64,000 bases of DNA, taken from assembly GCA_965217585.1 (NCBI GenBank), contig OZ244561.1, positions 3,744,001 through 3,808,000 on the forward strand, in the 5' to 3' direction. The notes under the pieces are model-generated. The model was not told the DNA's origin and did no database searches. It worked only from the letters and a program-made list of their open reading frames with translations. A program made the position numbers and the translations under genes. The DNA comes from Candidatus Latescibacterota bacterium. Its GTDB lineage: Bacteria > Latescibacterota > UBA2968 > UBA8231. Shown one piece after another: positions 58,543-64,000 of the stretch (position 1 is the stretch's first letter; each line of letters opens with the position of its first letter).

Positions 58543-59556
58543 ATGGAAATAACAAAGAACCAGCGCAAAATAAACTGGTATCGGTGTCCCTTGCCGCGCG
58601 AGACGCTCAATGCGCTCAACCAGCGCAGCGACTTTTGGGGCCTGCTACAAACGCTGGGGCATTTGGGCCTGCTGGCGGCGACGGGCGCGGGGGCTTGGTA
58701 CGCGGCGGAGCACTTGGCTCTGCCGTGGTTGCTGTTGATCCTCTTTTTTCACGGGACGTTCTACGCCTTTTTGCTGAACGGCTTCCACGAATTGTGTCAC
58801 TCCACGGTCTTCAAAAGCAAATTCCTCAACTACTTCTTCCTGCGCCTGTTCAGCTTTCTGGGCGGGTACAACCACATCCATTTCTGGACCAGTCACGCCG
58901 AGCACCACAAGTACACCCTGCACCCGCCCGACGATCTCGAAGTGGTGCTGCCGGCCCAATTGCGATTCGTGGATTTTCTCAAGAGTGCCATTGTAAATCC
59001 GTGGGGCTTGCACGGCCGCTACAAGACGACTGCGCGGCGGGCATTCGGGAAACTAGAAGGCGAATGGGAGCTGGCGCTCTTCCCCGAGTCGGACCCAGAC
59101 AAGCGGCGACGGCTCATTCGCTGGGATCGCTTCTTGCTAGTGGGACACGCCCTAATTGTGGCGGTATCCTTGTACTTCGGCCTGTGGCTGGTACCAGTGC
59201 TCATTACGCTGGCCCCGTTCTACGGGGGCTGGTTGCTGTTTTTGTGCAACAACACCCAGCACATCGGCTTGCAGGACGACGTGCCAGACTTTCGGCTCTG
59301 CACCCGCACGGTCATCTTGAATCCGTTCTTCCGCTTCCTCTACTGGCACATGAATTACCACATCGAACACCACATGTACGCGGCCGTGCCGTGCTACCGG
59401 CTCGGCAAGCTACACGCGGCCATCAAAAGCGATCTGCCGCACTGTCCGCGGGGGCTGTACGAGGCGTGGACGGAGATCGCTGCCATCCTCGAGCGGCAAA
59501 AGGCCGAGCCAGGCTACGAATACGTGCCGGAATTGCCCACGCCCGTCGCAGCTTGA
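58543..59556 (+). CDS. Fatty acid desaturase family protein
   Basis: His boxes HELCH, HAEHH, HIEHH. Confidence 0.9.
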   Translation: MEITKNQRKINWYRCPLPRETLNALNQRSDFWGLLQTLGHLGLLAATGAGAWYAAEHLALPWLLLILFFHGTFYAFLLNGFHELCHSTVFKSKFLNYFFLRLFSFLGGYNHIHFWTSHAEHHKYTLHPPDDLEVVLPAQLRFVDFLKSAIVNPWGLHGRYKTTARRAFGKLEGEWELALFPESDPDKRRRLIRWDRFLLVGHALIVAVSLYFGLWLVPVLITLAPFYGGWLLFLCNNTQHIGLQDDVPDFRLCTRTVILNPFFRFLYWHMNYHIEHHMYAAVPCYRLGKLHAAIKSDLPHCPRGLYEAWTEIAAILERQKAEPGYEYVPELPTPVAA

Positions 59557-59870
59557 GGCGATGCCTTTTGTATGGAAGAAACCCTAACTCCTGACCATGC
59601 GCTCGCGCTCACGCAGGCCGTACCTTTCCTGCTCGATTTTCCCGCCTCGCGTTTTTGGGTGGATTACGACCAAGAGGCTGACGTGCTCTACATCAGCTTC
59701 GCACGTCCGCAGCAGGCTACGGATACAACCCTGACCGATGAGGGCCTCCTGTTGCGCTATCGGGATAGCCAGCTAGTAGGTGTTACAGTGTTGGATGCCT
59801 CTACTCGCGTACCAACGTAAGTGATTTCCATGTCTCTTAAATTACCCACGCCCGTCGCGGTTTGAGACGA
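59531..59870 (+). repeat. 31-bp imperfect direct repeat (59531-59561 and 59840-59870) flanking the DUF2283 gene
   Basis: AATTGCCCACGCCCGTCGCAGCTTGAGGCGA versus AATTACCCACGCCCGTCGCGGTTTGAGACGA (4 mismatches). Confidence 0.75.
59572..59820 (+). CDS. DUF2283 domain protein
   Basis: YDQEADVLYI...LVGVTVLDAS. Confidence 0.8.
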   Translation: MEETLTPDHALALTQAVPFLLDFPASRFWVDYDQEADVLYISFARPQQATDTTLTDEGLLLRYRDSQLVGVTVLDASTRVPT

Positions 59871-59990
59871 CAGAGAGCCTCCGGCATCTGCCTTCTTCTG
59901 GCCGCTCGCCGACGATTGATTCTTGTGGCGTGAGATATTTACATGCCGCACAAGGCGTCGAGGTTGTTCATGTGAAAGCCAGTGCTGGGA

Positions 59991-60521
59991 TTAAAGTTGA
60001 GGGTCATAGCACCTTCTTTTTTTAGCGATTGCCTTCTCTTCTTTATCGACGCTTTCTCTGATTTTATCTCCAACTATCTGTGTAAGATCGCACACTTTAT
60101 CTATCCAGTCTTCTGTCCATGTGCCAAGCGGTTCATGTCTTGTTGGTATTGGCGGAAGCACTCCACCTATTGTATAAGACAGACCACTCGCGGCTATGTC
60201 AGAATGGGCATGGGCTGTATCCCTATCATCTATGAGTCGCTTATGCAGACCTCTATATTCTTCATCCTTGGGCACATATTCGTCAGAGAGACGCCCCTCC
60301 TCCCTTTTCCCATCTCTGTCATTATTACCAGTAAATGGGCGTGCATAAGCAACAGTCAGCGCTTCAACCAAGGCCTGAAAGATTACCCTGTCTTTCCTCC
60401 TGTTCTCCCTTACACTGTTGTAATTAAGCCCTCTGCGCTTTAGTTCCTCGGCATATATTTGCGCTTCAAGAATATCCCTTTGGGACATAACAAGTCTGTC
60501 CATCTTTTTATTGTTGCTCAT
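59991..60521 (-). CDS. Lower-GC hypothetical protein, putative HEPN RNase
   Basis: AYARPF and RDTAHAH (R-x4-6-H) motifs in a helical protein; start taken at MSNNKK. Confidence 0.55.
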   Translation of the reverse strand: MSNNKKMDRLVMSQRDILEAQIYAEELKRRGLNYNSVRENRRKDRVIFQALVEALTVAYARPFTGNNDRDGKREEGRLSDEYVPKDEEYRGLHKRLIDDRDTAHAHSDIAASGLSYTIGGVLPPIPTRHEPLGTWTEDWIDKVCDLTQIVGDKIRESVDKEEKAIAKKRRCYDPQL

Positions 60522-60578
60522 TTTTCTCCTTTTTTTAGGCTTTGCCCACATCGCTTTCTCGCTGACGCGGTTGGGACA

Positions 60579-61760
60579 TTAAAAGACCTCGCCCTCGTAC
60601 AGTCGGCGCAAAAACTCCTCCAGCGGCCACACGTCTAGGCCGTCGTAGTGATAGACTCGCTCTCCAGTATAGACGCCGATCATGCGCTCTACCTCAATGC
60701 CCTCTGTCTCGTGCAAGGAGCGCATAGATCGCTCCCAACTCCGGTTCCATTTTTCTGCCAACTTGATTTCCAAACAGACGACGTGCGGCAGCGAGGAAGC
60801 CGTGCGCTTGCGCGTTTCAATGACAAAGTCGATTTCCGCGCCAGCGGGAGTGCGGTAAAAGGCGATGGGACGGTGTTTGTTGTACACGTGATTATAGACG
60901 CGCAATTCGTGATAGACCAAGGTCTCTAGGGCCGCGCCCAGCCACAGGCGATCAGGCGGATCATAGGCAAGGCCGGCGGCGGCCCGGGCCACCCCAGCAT
61001 CGAACCAGTAGAATTTAGGACGGGCCTTTTCGCGCACTTTGAGCTGAGGGCGGTAGGCAGGCAAGAAGTGGCCGAGCAAGGTGTCCTGGAGAATGGAGAA
61101 ATACCCATCGACGCTACTGCGCGGGATGGCGGCATCGCGGGCGATGTTCTGGCCGTTTACTACTTGGCCGTTGAGCAGACCAGCGACTTCGAGAAAGCGG
61201 AGAAAAGGAGGTAGCCGACGCACCAAGCCCTCTTCGCTGATTTCTTCCTTGATATACGTGTGGACGTACGCATACAGCAGATCGGCGGCGTACCGTCGGT
61301 CTAATTGCACGAGGGGCAAAAGGCCCCATTGCAGGGAAAACTCGGCGTCGAAGTCGGCACCCAATTCCTGCTGGGAAAACGGTGCCATAAAGCGAGTCAG
61401 CGCGCGTCCACCGAGCAGATTGACGCCGCCGCGCCGCAACGTGCGTGCCGATGAGCCGCAGAGGGCAAAACGCCAACGCCGCGTTTCTAGCAGGCGATGC
61501 ACCTCGTCTAAGAGAGCGGGTACTTTCTGGATTTCGTCGAGCACAATCCACGAATCAGTCGCCCTATCGCCGACTAGTGCCTCTAGGTCATGGGGGTTAT
61601 GGGATAGCTGTAGATAGAGGGCCGCGTCTAGCAGGTCGAAGAAGGCGGCATTGGGCAAGGCTTGGCGCAGCCAAGTGCTTTTGCCCACCCCACGCGGACC
61701 GAAGAGGAAAAAGGAGCGCTCGGGCAATTCGAGCAGGCGCTGTATTGAGGAATCTTGCAC
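60579..61760 (-). CDS. AAA_14 ATPase with DUF4143 and C-terminal PD-(D/E)xK-like domain
   Basis: GPRGVGKST, LDEIQK, GSSA, KFYWFDAG, EIDF...LEIK. Confidence 0.9.
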   Translation of the reverse strand: MQDSSIQRLLELPERSFFLFGPRGVGKSTWLRQALPNAAFFDLLDAALYLQLSHNPHDLEALVGDRATDSWIVLDEIQKVPALLDEVHRLLETRRWRFALCGSSARTLRRGGVNLLGGRALTRFMAPFSQQELGADFDAEFSLQWGLLPLVQLDRRYAADLLYAYVHTYIKEEISEEGLVRRLPPFLRFLEVAGLLNGQVVNGQNIARDAAIPRSSVDGYFSILQDTLLGHFLPAYRPQLKVREKARPKFYWFDAGVARAAAGLAYDPPDRLWLGAALETLVYHELRVYNHVYNKHRPIAFYRTPAGAEIDFVIETRKRTASSLPHVVCLEIKLAEKWNRSWERSMRSLHETEGIEVERMIGVYTGERVYHYDGLDVWPLEEFLRRLYEGEVF

Positions 61761-61762
61761 AT

Positions 61763-61840
61763 TGCAAATTTACGGGACAACCGTAAAAAAACAATGCAAA
61801 CTTACGGGACAACTGTAAAAAAACAATGTAATCTTACAGA
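61763..61840. promoter_or_regulatory. Two 32-bp direct repeats plus a partial third, with TTACGG-N5-CCGTAA palindromes (operator-like)
   Basis: TGCAAATTTACGGGACAACCGTAAAAAAACAA / TGCAAACTTACGGGACAACTGTAAAAAAACAA / TGTAATCTTACAGA. Confidence 0.7.
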
Positions 61841-61876
61841 CCAAGCGGCGATGGATCGTTGTATCAGTGTGTATTC

Positions 61877-61905
61877 TTGACGTTATTAATGCGTCGCGTT
61901 ATTAT
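61877..61905 (+). promoter_or_regulatory. sigma70 promoter of higBA with overlapping palindrome
   Basis: TTGACG-17 bp-TATTAT; imperfect palindrome TAATGCGTCGCGTTA in the spacer. Confidence 0.7.
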
Positions 61906-61913
61906 GAATTGCG

Positions 61914-62192
61914 ATGAATCGATTCAGGGACCATAACACTGAACGGATATTTTATGGACAAACGGTCCGTCGCCTGCCTGTTGACATCCAACGCCGAGCA
62001 CGAATGAGGTTACAGCGAGTGGTTGCGGCGACTGTACTGGCCGACCTTCGGGTGCCGCCCTCCCATCGCCTTAAATCGCTGCGTGGGGACCGGACCGGCC
62101 AGTATAGCATTCGCATTAATGACCAGTGGCGCGTGTGCTTTAAATGGACAGACCAAGGTGCTATGGATATCGAAATCACCGACTATCACTGA
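61914..62192 (+). CDS. higB: HigB/RelE-family toxin
   Basis: DLRVPPSHRL..L.GDR.GQYSIRINDQWRVCF...DYH. Confidence 0.92.
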   Translation: MNRFRDHNTERIFYGQTVRRLPVDIQRRARMRLQRVVAATVLADLRVPPSHRLKSLRGDRTGQYSIRINDQWRVCFKWTDQGAMDIEITDYH

Positions 62193-62204
62193 GGAGAGAA
62201 TCCA

Positions 62205-62501
62205 ATGACTGCAACGACCTCGATTCATCCAGGAGAACATCTGGCAGAGATTTTGGACGAGCTCGGCATCAGCCAGTACCGTCTGGCTAAGACTATCGGG
62301 GTGCCCCCGATACGCATCAACGAAATCGTCCACTGCCGTAGATCAATCACAGCGGACACGGCTCTGCGGATCGGACAGGCCCTGGGGATGACCCCAGAGT
62401 TCTGGCTGAACCTCCAACGAATGTACGACCTCGACCTCGCCCGTGCCTCGACCGACATCAGCACCATTGAGCCGCTCGTCGAGGCATCCGCTCATCCTTG
62501 A
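62205..62501 (+). CDS. higA: HigA family antitoxin
   Basis: HPGEHL, RINEIV..RSITADTALR, PEFWLNLQ. Confidence 0.93.
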   Translation: MTATTSIHPGEHLAEILDELGISQYRLAKTIGVPPIRINEIVHCRRSITADTALRIGQALGMTPEFWLNLQRMYDLDLARASTDISTIEPLVEASAHP

Positions 62502-62511
62502 ACGAATTTCC

Positions 62512-63195
62512 TCACCACTGCTGTCCCAGCGGCGTCAGCACCAGTTCATCGACATTGACTCCGCGCGGCTGCGCCAGCACAAAGCACGCGGCGTCGGCGA
62601 CCTCGTCGCGGCTCAGGCGACAACGCCGGCCGCCCTCGTTCAACGGCACCGGATCGGGGCTAGCCACCGCGCCTAGGGTGATTAAGCCAACGTGGACTCC
62701 CTGCTCTGCTGCTTCCCAGCGCAAACTCTCGCACAACCCGCGCACCGCTGACTCGACCGCCGCATAGAGCACCGGCGGCCGAGCGCGGATCAATCCCTGC
62801 AATCCGTTGATATGCAGTATCCGTCCGCCGCTTTGCATCAACACCGGCAAGGCGGCGCGCGTGATCTGCAACGCGCCGCTTACATCCGTATCGACAAAGG
62901 CGCGCAGGTCCTCGTAGCTGACTTCGGCAAGCGGCTCCTCCACCCAAGTGCCCGCCGCATTGACCAGCGCGTCGAGACCACCAAACGCTTCCACCGTCTC
63001 CCGCACCGCAGCTTCGCAATCCGCAACAATCCCCACATCGCCCGGCACCGCTACCGCGCCGTCCAACTCAGCGGCGATAGCCTGCACCCGCTCCGCGCGC
63101 CGCGCCATCAGCGCAACTCGGTGCCCGGCCGCCGCCAGCCGCCGCGCGATAGTCTCGCCAATGCCAGAACTAGCACCCGTAATCAGCGCGTTCAT
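62512..63195 (-). CDS. Short-chain dehydrogenase/reductase (atypical YxxxE)
   Basis: Start MNALITGASSGIG; LVNAAG; YAAVE. Confidence 0.85.
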   Translation of the reverse strand: MNALITGASSGIGETIARRLAAAGHRVALMARRAERVQAIAAELDGAVAVPGDVGIVADCEAAVRETVEAFGGLDALVNAAGTWVEEPLAEVSYEDLRAFVDTDVSGALQITRAALPVLMQSGGRILHINGLQGLIRARPPVLYAAVESAVRGLCESLRWEAAEQGVHVGLITLGAVASPDPVPLNEGGRRCRLSRDEVADAACFVLAQPRGVNVDELVLTPLGQQW

Positions 63196-63214
63196 TGCGA
63201 GTATCTCCTGACGT

Positions 63215-64000
63215 TTAGATAAACCTAGACGTGATTTGCCCCACGAGCGCCTCGCCCCGCGCGTAGCGATCGAGGTTGTCCGCGGCCAGACGCGCCCGCT
63301 TGCGCGAGGTGCCGTCGGTCGAACCGGCGGTGTGGGGCATGGCAAACACATTGGGCAATTGGAAAACGGGGGCCGTAGCGTCGGGTGGCTCCTGAGCGAA
63401 CACATCGAGCCCGGCCCCGCCTAAGCGACCGTCCAAAAGCGCCCGGTAGAGGGCGTCCTCATCGACGAGCGCCCCTCGGGCCACGTTGATCAAGCAAGCG
63501 GTTTTCTTCATCAGGCCGATGCGCCGTGCGTCAATAGTGTGCCGGGTTTCCGGCGTCAGGTGCAGGTGCAGCGATAGGTAGTCGCTCTCAGCCACCACGC
63601 GGTCAACATCTTCGGGGCCGCCGAGAAATTCGGGTTGGATCTCGGCGAGGATTTCCTCTTCAATGGGGCGGATGTCGATGGCCAAGATCCGCAGACCAAA
63701 GGGCTTAGCCCGGCGCGCCAAATCTTGGGCGCTCGCGCCAAAACCGATCAGGCCGAGCGTCAGGCCCTCTAGTTCGACACCCGTAGGCGCGTACAGCCTG
63801 CCAGCGTCGAAGTTCATACGTGCCTCCGCATAGCGGTGGGCGTGCATGAGGACGAACATCATTGCACTCTGGCCCAACGCCACGCTGCTAAGCTGCCCGG
63901 GGCAATGGGCGAGTAGCAGCCCAGCACTGAGAATCCCTTCGACATCGACGTGGTCGAGGCCAGTGGTCTGGACCTGGAGGAATTTGACGCCAGCATCGGC
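63215..64000 (-). CDS. D-isomer-specific 2-hydroxyacid dehydrogenase (5' end outside the window)
   Basis: GLIGFG, INVARG, LDVFAQEP, PHTAG; the frame stays open to the window edge. Confidence 0.88.
   Translation of the reverse strand, partial: ADAGVKFLQVQTTGLDHVDVEGILSAGLLLAHCPGQLSSVALGQSAMMFVLMHAHRYAEARMNFDAGRLYAPTGVELEGLTLGLIGFGASAQDLARRAKPFGLRILAIDIRPIEEEILAEIQPEFLGGPEDVDRVVAESDYLSLHLHLTPETRHTIDARRIGLMKKTACLINVARGALVDEDALYRALLDGRLGGAGLDVFAQEPPDATAPVFQLPNVFAMPHTAGSTDGTSRKRARLAADNLDRYARGEALVGQITSRFI

Noticed and set aside
61763-61840. Mini CRISPR array
   Set aside because: The repeats are contiguous with no spacers, and no cas genes are present.

Overview
GC-rich bacterial DNA with no rRNA, tRNA or CRISPR array visible. 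The gene content (three DUF6785-type membrane proteins, three PhyH dioxygenases, proteins ending in a (T/S)WG-x-x-K tail) resembles Latescibacterota/Poribacteria-type genomes; this is inference. There are four blocks. (1) 1-7.9 kb: a DUF6785 permease-PPIase-TPR module plus small catabolic genes. (2) 8.2-33.9 kb: a co-oriented envelope cluster of about 25 kb. It holds three tandem paralogous 930-960 aa putative outer-membrane beta-barrels with a conserved Asp-rich insert, a 1086-aa TPR protein, a putative lipoprotein, a CBM9-like protein with a TWGALK tail, a TonB-like (SxxxH TM, Pro-rich) DUF4159 protein, a DUF6785 permease, ExbB, two ExbD (one lacking the essential Asp), a SurA/PrsA-like PPIase, a glycoside hydrolase, a TPR protein and an oxidoreductase. 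No TonB-dependent receptor is recognisable, so this is the best candidate for an undescribed energised transport or secretion system. (3) 33.9-48.1 kb: a decaying accessory island with a DUF499 ATPase, two ABC-ATPase/TOPRIM-like pairs (one MAD3/MAD4-like), MNT-HEPN, a YgiT Zn finger, an IS5/IS903-group element without target duplication, a tandem cassette of secreted proteins and a sigma54 remnant. (4) 48.2-64 kb: catabolic genes interrupted by a small TA/defence patch (DUF2283, HEPN-like protein, AAA_14-DUF4143 ATPase with operator-like repeats, higBA). All family assignments come from motif recognition by eye, not database searches.
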